From the NCBI GenBank assembly GCA_964016885.1, contig OZ024745.1, forward strand, positions 88,164,001-88,228,000: a DNA stretch of 64,000 bases, written 5' to 3'. Below are positions 1-12,465 of the stretch, in pieces. The translations under genes and the position numbers were made by a program. The notes beneath the pieces were generated by a model that ran no database searches, was not told the origin of the DNA, and worked only from the letters and a program-made list of their open reading frames with translations. The first letter of the stretch is position 1, and each line of letters opens with the position of its first letter. The DNA comes from Eledone cirrhosa (Eukaryota).

Positions 1-192
1 GAATCGTCCATGATTTTTTTTCAAACAAATTTTTGTTTGATAATTATATAAGTTTAAATTTTGGGCTCAAAATAATGTATGTGCACTTATATACAGTTAA
101 CAATAACAATTTTCATAAATGGCAATTTTAAACAACTGAAAACAACAAACCTTTGCGGAGCTCACGATAATACGTTTCCTACGTAGGTCGCC

Positions 193-224
<32 letters not shown>

Positions 225-500
225 TTTCATTTATTAGCCACAAGGGCCGACATGTAGGGGACAATACAAAGACAGGGACAGTGGGGGTTTACAATAAGGT
301 TGAGTAAAAGCGAGCAATGGCAAGACTAATTTAACAATGAAGATATACAAATATAAAATAAACTATGCATAAATATAACAAAATAAATTCCTCGATAGGG
401 GGTGGGCGACCCAGGGGTGACTCAGGTACCCCACCAATCCTGAACCACCCTGCGCTTCTAGGGCACCCAGGAGAGCACCCCTCTCCTCAAGTTAGCCAGC

Positions 501-3364
501 CTATAGGCGCATGGTCAGAGTAGGCCCATTCACACGAGCCATTCTCGACACATTCACCCACCTTTTAGCAAATGTACTGGGGGGGGGGTAGCACTTCTCT
601 CTCCACCCTCACCCTCCTTTCCAGGTGAAACTTGAAGAAGTTGATGAGGGATTGGCCGAAGAGACAAGTTACTATCTTCAGTCATTTTAATCTGGTCCAC
701 CATTCAACCTCTTTCGCAACGACCACCAAATAGAGGAAAATTTCCTGCTCTTCCTGACCTAAAGAAGGCAGCGATTCGATATTCACTATGGACTCGGCCG
801 ATAGCCGGATTCGTTCTTCACGCGACAGTAGCTGTTCGATATAACTCCACAAGTCAGTAATGCACGGACATTGGACAAGTGCGTGCAGAACGGTTTCGTC
901 GTTCTGTGCGCATCTTGAGCAGGTCCGTCTGACAGCACTTCCGTTCCTGTAGAGTTTATCCCGAACCGGCAGTGCCCACTGGTAGCACTGCCAGGCGAGG
1001 GATTTTTAGAAATTGTCCATCGTCCCCGGCTCAGACAGGTCAGTTCGACTTCGTCGAGGCCCAAAGCTTCTCCGAGTGCGTCATCGCACTTGCCCACCAC
1101 TAATCCTATATAGAACTCGAGAGTGGAAGTTCCACTGATCGCATTGCCCGCTTGGTAGAGGGCAGTGAGTGCCTGGCAACATTCCAGGTGCCAATCACCC
1201 AGTCTCGGTCTCTTCTTGACCCAGGACTGCAGCTCAGTCAAAGAAATGAGCTGCGGAAAGGCCCGTCTGATAAACCGCGACCACACTTGTTCACCGTTCA
1301 GGCAGAATATCTGGAGAGGTCGCAGCCTCAACGCACGTCTGTGCATCTTTAGCCACGGCATGGCCAGCACTCCGCGTAGAGGGTGGTGGCAGCAGATGGA
1401 CCGCCTCACTAAGTGAACTTGTCCCCTCCACAGGAATTTGAAGAGAAGCCGTTCCAACGTGATGAGGCGCAGACGGGGGCAAAGCATGACGGTCAGGCGG
1501 TAGTAGATGACAGACGCGACGTACGCATTCGCCACCTCCGCGCGATCTTTCAATGATAGATTCCTCCCAGCCCATTTTGGGGTGAGACTGGCTACTCTAC
1601 TCGAACCAAACCCCGAGCAACTTTACCGACCACCTCGATTTCTGAGGTGTCCGACACCATCACGCTGATGTCGTCCGCATAAGCCGACACCGCCTTTCCA
1701 CGTCCCGGTTCGAGTGTGATGCCCTGCAACAGCTCCAGCCTCCGCAGTAAAGTCAATATGTACAGAAGGGAACAGAGAGGGCACCCTTGACGGACCAATC
1801 GGGAGAGCCGAAATTGTTCCGAGAGGTGGCCATTAACCTTGACCACCGAGCGTCTGCTGCTGTGCATTGCAGAGATCCAGCTTCTGAAGACAGGACCGAA
1901 GCCAGCCGCTTTGAGGACCAACTCCAGATACCGATGGTCGACCCTATCGAATGTTTTCGATTGATCAAAATTGATCAGTGCTCCACCGAAGCCAGGTTTA
2001 CACCCAACCCTCTCTATGATGTATCGCATGAGGTGGAGATTGTCATGTATGGACCTGGATGGGATTGCGCAAGTTTGCGCCTCCCCAACCAAATCCTCGA
2101 CGACAAGCGTCAATCTCTTTGCTAACACCTTGGCCAAAATCTTAAACTCTGTGTTGAGCAGAGTTATGGGCCTGAAGTTGTCTAATGTATCCCTCTTGTT
2201 CTCGTCTTTCCTTATCAGCGTCACCACTCCCCTGTTCAGAGAACTGGGAGTACTCTTATTCTGCTGCCAATTGCAGTAGAGTGCTTCGAGGAGATCGGAG
2301 AACAAGTCTGGCATATTTACGTAAAGCTCGTAGGGCAGGCCATCCAAACAGGGTGACTTGCGCCTCAAGCAGCCGACAAGGGCGTCCTGAATTTCGGCTG
2401 AAGTAATCGGCCTTTCGCAGCGCTCAGCGTTGACCGTCGAGATGCGCGGCAATCCGTCAAGTAGGGAGTGGAATCCGCTACTCTCTCTGACTCGCCACTC
2501 CCTCCGAACAACCGAGCAAAGTGCTGGCGAAAGGCCTCACACATCCGCTTGGGATCGCTTATCTCGTGTCCGTCTCGGTCCACCAAAGACCGAATTGTGG
2601 TTTTATTAGCACGCTGCGCCTCCGCCACGCGGGCCCATCGAGCAGCTTTGGTTCCCTCGTTTCTCAGCGCACGCGCCTTAGCTCTGACAATGTAACCTTC
2701 GTGTTTCGCTTTGAAGAAATGGTCGAATGCCATTCTCGCCGCTAGCACGTCAGTTGCAATGCCACTACAAATAGCCTCGTCTAACTTATCTACCAGCTCC
2801 CCGTCCTGTCTATTTTCCTCTAACGCTAGTTGTTTGCTGAACTCTATCGAAGTTACCTAAATCTCTCTTTTGAGAGGCCCCCACCATCTGTTGTTGATGA
2901 AAACCCCTTTCAACTTTTGCTTAACTATATTGTTGGCTCGGTCCCTGTAAGCCTTACGTGCCGGAAATAACATGTTCAGCTTCCAATAACCCGATCCCAA
3001 CCAACGGGTTTTATCTAGGTCGACCATACAGATCACACATTTGTAATCTGAATAGGCGACCATTTTGAAAAGTGGGCAGCCTACAATATTTCTATCTATT
3101 TTCCTAATAAAGAACCTTTTTATTACGATCTAGATGACCCCATGCGGTTGGTCCATTCTATACTGGCGCATTGGGGAAATCTAGTCGATACCTGTCTGAC
3201 AGTTGGAACTGGCTTGAGCTTTTTGTACCCCCCCCCCCCCCACACTCCTATCAGATACTCACACACAATCCCAGCGTGCGTCTAAGATCGTTGAGCATGC
3301 GACCCTGCTTCCAGGGTGACCTCATGCCGCGAACATTTAAACTTCCTATTCTTAATATGGCCAT
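501..3364 (-). pseudogene. Tx1-like ORF2 (endonuclease/reverse transcriptase), multiply frameshifted, APE domain largely deleted
   Basis: ORF pieces 2857-3063 (GSGYWKLN), 2365-2748, 1592-2452 (RT core) and 786-1553 are colinear but in different frames. Terminal FAKRWVNVSRM...RL* ends at 501. Confidence 0.88.
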
Positions 3365-3393
3365 GTTGGCAAGCTAAAAGAGAGAGGGAAGGT

Positions 3394-5357
3394 TTACTTA
3401 CCTCCCGGGATCTTGTGAAGGTCGGGTGGTTCGACCTCCATGGTTGGTGGGGTTTCCTTTGGGAACCGCTTTAAAAGTCTCGATGTGGGTTTCATATTCG
3501 GGGTTCCCACGTCTTGAGGAAAGCTCTTCCCAATTTCTTTGAAGGAATCGAGTGACATTCGGACCAGAAGTAAATCATCTGGCACGCAAAATGTGCTCAT
3601 TTCAAAGATCTCACTCTCTGTTTGAACGTCCTCGCTTCGTGCTAAGAGTGCCATCAGTTTATCGTTGGCCATTCTGTATCACGAAGGTTTTAACATTTTG
3701 TTGGTGTGGTTTCATTTGTTTTCGTTTTGGTGACTGTGGTGGTGATGGTTTTGTTGGAGTTGTTTCGGGTATGTCTATGATTGTTGTAGGTGTGGTGTCT
3801 GTAATTTCAAGTATTTGTGTATTTATTTGTACTTGTGTTTGTTTAGCTTGTTTGCGTTTCGGGATTGTGGGGGTGGTGGTGATGTTGCTGTGTGTGCTGA
3901 TGTTATTGGGGAAGTGTTTGCGTTAGTGGTGTCTATATCTTTTGTTGTGTAAGTTTTTTTATTGTTTCGTTGGGGCTTTTTTTTTTTGTGAGTTTTCTCT
4001 GTATTTTTTGCACTTTTGGGTCTTCCTTCATCTTCGCTGCTGGAAGACAAAGGGTCTGTGGCTGTGAGTGTCTCTGTGTCCGTGTGTGCATTTATTGTTT
4101 AGTCTATGTGTATAATAGGTGGTACGGGGAGTGGGAGAGCTTTCCTCGTTTTCTCCTTGGATTGGTTTCGGTGTTAGTGGCGGTCCGGCTGTTTTTGATG
4201 TTGGTGTCCGTATCTTTGTTGGTGTTGTTTTTGGCAGTGGTGGTGCAGCTTTCCGTGCTGACACTGGCGTTGGTAACAAAGAGGTTTGCGACCCCTGCAT
4301 TTTTTGCGATGAGGGCAGATGGATTGCAGATGCTTTGCTTCCCCGCAGACGAAGCAGTGCGGCCTTCTTACCTCAGTGATTTGTTGGATTGTTGTCCCGT
4401 CCTGCAGGCGGGCAAAATCCGGGATGTTATTCATGTCCTCTGGTTTCATTTGGAGAAGAATCTCCAAAACCATTCCGCAGCAGTCTTCTCTCTCTGTCCT
4501 TTTGATATCCAGGAGGGTAGTGTCTGTCCCCTCCTTGATTACGCATCCCAGGAGCCACCATATGTTCATTCCTGGTGGGATGCTGGGAATGCGGACCTTT
4601 ACTGTCCTTTTACCCATGTAGGACGGGTGCATGATAATGCGTTCCGTTCTGAAAGGGGTCACCGAATGCTTAATAACAAGGGCCTCGGTTTTGAACAGTA
4701 CCAAGATGGTACCGAACTATTTGGCCCTTGCTTTATACTCTATGTCAGCTCCGATACTCTCCAAAGCAGCCTCGACCTCTGCTTGGATCTCAAGTTCCAC
4801 TCTGCGCGTCTGCACCCAAATGCATCGAAAGTACACCGTCCTCCTTTGCATGGCCGCTATTGCCCCGTCCGGGATGGTCAGGTTTGCCCAGGACTTCTCC
4901 CGTTTAATTAGCCTCCACGCCGGGGCCAACTGTTCGTCTTTATCGCTAATATCAATATTCAATAAGCGCTTTGTTTTTGCTGCTGCTGCAGCAAATGTGG
5001 TGCCTCTGTTGCCCTTGTTGTTGGTGTTGTCGTTCTTGCTGTTGTTGTTGGTGTTGTTGTTTTGTTTGTTGTTGCTGTTGCCTCTACCATCCGTGTTTAC
5101 ATTGAAGCTGTCGGTGTTATTGTCGTTGTTGTTCTGAGTTGTTGTGGTGTTGGTGGCGGTGGTGGCGGTGGTGTTGGTGGTGATGTCGTTTTCAGATGAT
5201 ACTGCTCCTAATACAGAAAGGAGGGTTGTGATGGTAGCTTTTGAGTTTTGCCTTCACTTTCAGTGGAATGGTCGACAGACATGTCTGTAGTAGTCGTAGT
5301 TGTGGTGAGATCTACAGTGGCTGCTTTGAACTTTTGACCTCAACGTTGTTTACCATT
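3394..5357 (-). pseudogene. Tx1-like ORF1 (gag-like zinc-knuckle protein), disrupted
   Basis: Fragments 4717-4962, 4174-4704 (CX2CX4HX4C) and 3394-3672 lie upstream of ORF2, separated by low-complexity Thr/Lys/Gln-rich linkers. Confidence 0.7.
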
Positions 5358-5587
5358 TCAAGGTCGAACATTTCAATTTTTTTATTTGGTGGGGAAGCGA
5401 TTTTTTTTTTAGTTTTAAAAAATAAATCTGAATATTCGGGTTTAAAGCCCGAATATTGAGAGCTCGCCCAAGCTTGAAACGTTAACGACAAGAAAATACA
5501 AAAAATGTTACTTTAAAACAGCTTAAAGTTACGAACCTTTTTCCCCGCTGACTTGTGCTTCTTCATACATGATTAATCATAATAATA

Positions 5588-5637
<50 letters not shown>

Positions 5638-7520
5638 TTGCTTATTGATAAGAAGGTAATGGGGAATTGCAGGAGGAGACACACTGATCTTGCCATGGGA
5701 TGGATAGACTACAGAAAGGCATTTGACATGGTGCCTCATTCCTGGATCACCAAAAGCCTGGAGATCTTCAGGGTGGCAGATAACATCAGACAGTTGCTAG
5801 GCAGGAGTATGGGGTCCTGGGAGACAGAGTTGACATCAACTGGAGTATCCTTGGGAAGCGTGAGGATCAAGAGAGGTATCTTCCAAGGAGATAGCCTGTC
5901 CCCTCTGTTGTTTGTCCTTGCCCTGATGCCCTTGACCATTATGCTGCGAAAAGTGAGAGCAGGATACAAGTTGGGAAGGGGAGAGCTTACCATCAATCAC
6001 CTCCTCTTCATGGACGATCTTAAGCTCTTCGGGAAAAGTGAGAAGGAGTTGGATGTGCTTGTTGACACTGTCCGTATTTTCAGCAGTGATATATGTATGC
6101 AGTTTGGTATTGGTAAATGTGGAGTCATTGTGATGAAGAGGGGTAGGTTGAGCAGAAGTAACGGGATCCAGATACCAACAGGTGAGATGATAAAGGAAAT
6201 TGACTCTGAGGAAGGATACAAGTATTTGGGCGTTCTGGAGGCTGATGGCATAAAGAACAAAAAAATGAAGGAATTGTTAAGAACTGAATACATTCGGAGA
6301 GTAAGGAGCGTATTGAAGTCACATCTGAACAGCAGAAATGCCATAAGCGCAGTAAATTCCCGAGCTGTGTCTATTATTAGGTACAGTGCGGGAATTCTGA
6401 GATGGAATGTTGCTGAACAAAAAGAAATGGATAGGAAGACTAGGAAGCTATTGACTATCTACAACATGTTCCACAAGAGGAGTGATGTCGATAGACTCTA
6501 CCTAAGGAGATCTGAGGGTGGAAGAGGTCTTATCAGCATAGAGGAGTGTGTTCAGATGGAGAAAAACAACCTATACAAATACGTGACCTATAGTAAGGAG
6601 CCAATGCTCAGAACTGTACTGAAGGAGGGGACAGTAGGCCAGGGGATGTCCAAGGAGGAAATAACATCAAGGAGGGAGAGCAGCCTTAAGGGAAAATCCC
6701 TTCATAGTACCTTCTTTGAGAAAACTGAATTTAGAGATCCACAGACATGGAACTGGTTGAGAAGAGGAGACCTCAAAAAGGCTACAGAAGGAATGCTAAT
6801 GGCTGCGCAGGAGTAGGCCCTCAAAACGAAGTGGTTGAAGCACCATATCTACAAGGAGGAGGCTAGCCCACTGTGCAGGATCTGTGGAGAGAGAGAGGAG
6901 ACTGTGGCTCACATTGTGTCCGAGTGTAAACACCTAGCCCAGACCCACTATAAGGGCTGGAGACACGATGTGATGGGCAGGGTGATCCACTGGCACCTGT
7001 GCAAAGTAAACAATCTACCACATTCTGAGAAATGGTATGAGCATAGGCCAGAGGCGGTGATGGAGAACAGTCAGGTGAAGGTGCTGTGGGATTTTAGGAT
7101 ACAGACGGACAAAAAACTGGAACACAATAGACCTGACCTGGTGATTGTGGACAAAGAAAAAAGATCGTGCCTGATTGTGGATGTGGCCTGCCCGTTCGAC
7201 ACGAGAGTGCAAGAGAAGGAGAGGGAGAAAATTAACCGATACCAGGACCTAAAGTGGGAGGTGAAAAGGATTTGGAACTGCCATGAAGTCAAAGTGATCC
7301 CGATTGTCATAGGCGCACTGGGGACTATCTCCAAAGGTTTCCAGGGATGGTTAAAGAAAATCGGCCCCTTCACGCTTTTTGGAACGCTTCAAAAGGCATG
7401 CTTGCTTGGAACAGCAAGAACCCTCCGATACGTCCTGAATATCTGAGGCTGCAGGTAGTGGCTTGATATTCAATCCAACGGACTTTCCAGTTAACCAACA
7501 TCAATGACTGAGATTCAAGG
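5638..7520 (+). mobile_element. 5'-truncated R4/Dong-clade (RLE) non-LTR retrotransposon, family A
   Basis: RT motifs WIDYRKAFDMVPH, GIFQGDSLSPLLF, LFMDDLKL. Then CRICGEREETVAHIVSEC, RHD and RPDLVIVD...DVACP..K (RLE). One in-frame TAG at 6814-6816 joins ORFs 5569-6816 and 6835-7446 in the same frame. (AAT)n on both sides. Confidence 0.93.
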
Positions 7521-7532
7521 AATAACAATAAC

Positions 7533-7577
<45 letters not shown>

Positions 7578-8560
7578 GGAAGAAGACGCACGAGGTGGTA
7601 GAAGGTCATGAAATCGCTCCCGTAAGTTTTTGATATTTAACATATTTAAATCTATTGTGCAATAACAATTCTTAGTACAAATGTTGCATAAACCACAGAA
7701 TGAAGTCCCATAAAATTTTCGGATCCATATTATATTGTTATATCGCTCAAATATTCAATTTTGTATTATATATTTTGTATTCAAAATAGAAAATCGTTAT
7801 AAATGGAAGAAAACACCCTCTGCCTACACTATATAGAACAGCCAAATAACAGCAATTTCACCAAAACCAGAAACTTGATACACCACCTACCCCATCACAC
7901 TAAATATAACAGCCAAATAACGGCAATTTCACCACCACCACCACCAATCCCAGCATCATAATAATAACTACTATTATTATTGTCTCAAGTTTTAACAAAA
8001 TGTTTAATTCCAATTTTACGGGAATATGTCAACACAATATATATTAAACAAACGCGACACAAACTCATAGATACTACATATCACAAAACTCAGTAACGAC
8101 AACTCCACCGCCGCCACCACTCCATCCATCATTGCTACCACTATCCCATCACCGCCGCCACCACTCCTTCATTGCTACCACCACTATTCCCCTGTTAACT
8201 TGAGAGAGAAAGGGGAAGGTGGCGGTATCACTAGACAAGGGAGAGGCTATCAAAAGATATAAATAGATTGACTTAGTGACCTGGCCACCGGCCAAACGTC
8301 AACATCAACAACTATGGCACTGCTGGCTCACCCCTTCCTCACCAACAATATAAAACGCCCCATCACCACTACCGACATAGCCAACAACAATAACAGGCAA
8401 CTTCAGCAAAAAGTATATTATATTATCGTAATGCACTGGGTGATTGCTGGCCTTGTGCCTGGAGGGGAGACAATTATTAATAATTTCATTCTTAAGCCAC
8501 GCAATGCTCACATTAATGAACCACTCATGATAATAACAATTTAAACAAAACAACAAAAAG

Positions 8561-11500
8561 AAAACCCCGTGACCAAGAAATACCGGGATGGCGGCCGGCG
8601 GGGAATAGCCCTCTAGTCTTGGTTGACACTCGTTCTAGAAGTGGTAACACGAAATGATTGCCCCTTGGCGGATAAGGATAAAACGCGACAAAATAAAGTA
8701 AATGTCTAATGATAAAATCTCATACCGGATCGGCCGTCACCCGGGTAAAAAAGGGTCGCGTCCCTCAGAGAGGAACCAGACTGGGGTCGAAAAATCAGCT
8801 AATGGTTCAAACCTTCCCATCACTTCGGAGCTGGAGACCTCCCATAACCGGAATACCCCTACTGTTGGCCCTCCATGCTCACCACCAAGAAATCCAAAGA
8901 AAAAGAGAGAAAAATGGTCAAGGGAAGATAATAAAGAAGACCTTGAGGCTTTCTACACTGCCATGTACTACCCATCAAATACATCGAATACAGAACAGAC
9001 ATATATCAACTGGAAAAAGAAACATCCCGAAAACAGAGGCTATATTGACAGTAACAAACTAGCCAATATACGAAGAAATATTGTAAGAAAAAAGTTACTA
9101 ACTGATATAGAAATTGATCAGATCAAGCTATTAGCACAAAGTCAGCGAAGGGAAAATGAAACATGTGTCAGTGAAAACGGGGTAAATTGTAACACTTCGA
9201 ATCCCAGGGTTGGGGCGGATTCACTGGCAACAGAACAAATTAAAGAAAGGATCGAAAAAGTGGAGGGAGTGCATGCTCAAGATGAAACTCCAAATGAAAA
9301 TAATGAGATCGTAAATAATAAAGAAATGAATGAGAATGAACTTGCCAACTTGAAGGATGAAATTATGATCGAATGGATGAAAATGAAAGAATCTGACATG
9401 GGGCAACGAGACACCCTCCCTAAGATCCAGAACTCCAAACAGAACCAAAAGATAATACACAAGACTAACATAATTCTCAAAAACATTATCATCACAAACA
9501 GACTAAACATTACTGATTTAAATCATCTCTATTATGCATCGGCTAAAGTCACCACTCACTTATGTGGAGTCAAGATGAAAAAACAAAGGAATTCCCACAA
9601 GAAATCTACTTGGCAAGAGAAGATCAATCGCCAAATAAACCTTCTCCGATCTGACATAGAAATGTTAACAAATTATAAAGTAGGTGAACATGTTAAATAA
9701 ACTAATCTTAGAAAATTGAAAAAAAAGTACAGTATAAAATCAACAAGTGACATAGACATGCTGATAGAAATGATCAAGCAAAAAGTGTCGGCCAAAGCTG
9801 CTCGTATAAGGCGCTTTGTAAAACGATCTAGATTCTATAAGGACAATAATATGTTCAAAAACAACCAAAGAAACTTCTACAGAAAAATTGGTAAGTTTCC
9901 AATAACTGCTAAATCAATACCACCCAAGGAGGAAGTGCAAGAATTCTGGGAAAATATAACAGTTGAACAGTTGCGCTTGGCTCTAAGAAAAACCAGCAAA
10001 TGGAAATCCCCAGGAAAAGACAAAATACAAAACTTTTGGATAAATGCCTTCAGAGAGTCTCATGAGCTGTTAGCCCAACTTTACAATGAAATATTTAAGG
10101 AGCCAGAAAAGATACCATCATGGCTAGTTAACGGCATTACATTCCTGCTTCCGAAGAATGATGAGACAAACAATCGCAAAAGTTACAGACCGATAGCTTG
10201 CTTGACCACAATGTATAAAGTTTTAACATCAGTCCTAACTGAATATACATATGACCACCTGATAACAAATGACCTATTTCCCATTGAGCAGAAAGGGTAT
10301 AAACGAGGCTCATATGGCTGTAAGGATCAGCTTCTGGTTAACAAAATGATACTGGATGATTGTCATAATAGACACAAAAATCTATCGATTGCTTGGATAG
10401 ATTATAAAAAAGCATTCGATAGTTTGCCACACACATGGATTGAAAAATGTTTAGATATTTTCAAAATATCCCCCGTTGTCAGGAGGCTTTTGTCATTCAG
10501 TATGAAGACATGGAAAACGACACTCCTTTTGAATAGTGAAACAAAATCACTGGAAGCTGGAGAAGTTAATATTAATTGTGGAATTTTTCAGGGTGACTCT
10601 TTATCACCGCTTTTATTCTGCATCGCACTTATACCATTAAGTAAAATGCTCAATGAAACAAAACATGGATATAAAGTCTATGACAAAACCATTAATCACC
10701 TGTTCCACATGGATGACCTGAAACTAGTTGCAAAAAATGATGAACGATTGCAAGGGCTATTATCCACTGTGGAGCAGTTCAGTGATGACATTAAAAGGGA
10801 GTTTGGACTAGATAAATGCGCCAAAGCAACGTTCACCAGAGGAAAGCTGCTGAAGTGTTCAGACATTAATCTTGATCGGGGGAACGTAATAAGAGAACTT
10901 CATCAAGAAAAAACTTACAAATATCTAGGTGTTTGTAAAGGAGACGGAATCAAGCACTCGACAATGAGGGAAAGGATAAGGAAGGAATGTTACCGCAGAG
11001 TAAGAGCAATCTTAAGAACGGAATTGAATGCAAGGAATAGGATCGATGCCATAAACAGGCTTGCCATACCAGTAGTAACCTACAGTTACAATGTCATCAA
11101 CTGGTCAAGCACAGAGATCCGTAGGCTCGATACGAAGATTCGAAAATTCTTAACCATGCACAGAATGCATCCCCCTAAGGCAGATATAGATAGAATATAT
11201 CTCCCTAGGAAAGAAGGAGGACGTGGGTTAATCCAGTTAGACATTGCGTTGAAAACTGCAACAATTGGTTTATCTACATATCTAATAAGGGAATCACATG
11301 ATTGGATGATCAAACTCGTTTTGAAACACGAAAGCATCAAAAGATCATACTCCATTACAAAAGATGCACAAAGATACAGTAATGGACTACACATTTCAGA
11401 AGTCCCATTTACTGCTGAAATGGAAAACACAGAAAAAGCAAAGCAGGTAAAAGTAACTGCAAAGAAAGAACTGCTACAGAAACTGGCTAAGAAATGGCAA

Positions 11501-12402
11501 GAAAAGCCTCTGTATGGAAAATACCCAGAGTAAGCTAACAATCCTGATGTTGACAAAACTTTAACCCATCAGTGGTTCGCATCCTCTGGACTGAAATGGG
11601 AGACTGAAGGACTGATTATATCAGCACAAGATCAGTGTGTGCCAACGAAAAATTACCAAGCCAACATAATAAAAAATGGATGCAGCCCATTATGCGGTGT
11701 ATGCAAAAAAACAACCAGAGACCATTGACCATATAATTTCAATGTGCAGTCCTATAGCTCCAACCGAATACTAAACAGGCATGACAGAGATGCACAATAC
11801 ATACATTGGATAATGTTTAAGCATTTTGACCTGCCCCATCAAAAGAATTGGTGGGAGCATCAACGACCTCCCATACTTGAAAAAGATCACATCTCAATCT
11901 TGTGGAACTTTAGCATCAAACAGACCGAAAAAATAGATGCAAATAGACCTGATATAATATTGAAGAACTTTAAAAAGAGGGTATGCCTGCTAATTGATAT
12001 GTATGTTCCAATAGACAAGAATGTATCTATAAAAACATTTGAAAAATTGAGCAAGTATAAGGACCTGGAGATAGAAATTGGAAAAATGTGGAAATTGAGA
12101 ACTAAAACAATACCAGTGGTTGTAAGCGCTCTGGGAATGATGCCTAAGGGGTCTAATGATTACTTATCGCAAATCCCAGGAAACCCGCGTATAGGAGAAA
12201 TACAAAAGATAGTACTAATGGGAACTGCCCATATACTAAGGAAGATTCTGTCAATGTAAGTACATCACAAGTCTAAACACTAAAGATGCATGTGTGAGTA
12301 TGTATGTTCTTTCTTGAACATGGCGGACCTTGTTGTCTCTTGAGGTCACTGGTTGTGACTTGGTGATAACTCGTATGAACATAAAGCAAGATAAATGCAA
12401 CT

Positions 12403-12403
<1 letters not shown>
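8561..12403 (+). mobile_element. Near full-length R4/Dong-clade (RLE) retrotransposon, family B, disrupted
   Basis: Single long frame 8702-12259 with stops at 9698 and 11531 and two compensating frameshifts around the CGVC...HIISMC knuckle. N-terminal KWSREDN motif. RT motifs YRPIACL, IFQGDSLSPLLF, HMDDLKL. RLE NRPDII..ID..VP..K. (AAT)n tail from 12404, followed by (GAA)n. Confidence 0.92.

Positions 12404-12465
<62 letters not shown>

Larger units (their letters stand above)
223..5575 (-). mobile_element. Near full-length, decayed Tx1/L1-type non-LTR retrotransposon (ORF1 gag-like + ORF2 APE-RT-CCHC)
   Basis: ORF1 fragment has a CCHC knuckle (HCFVCGEAKHLQSICPH). ORF2 starts MAILRIGSLNVRGM (APE motif I, ATG 3364). 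RT motifs FRPITLLNTEFKILAK, VRQGCPL, AYADD. C-terminal CSRCAQNDETVLHALVQC. Minus-strand AATAAA just before an (ATT)n tail at 193-222. (AAT)n also at the 5' side. Confidence 0.9.

Noticed and set aside
3970-5137. Long + strand ORFs (313 aa, 168 aa)
   Set aside because: Antisense shadows of Tx1 ORF1 and its low-complexity linkers.
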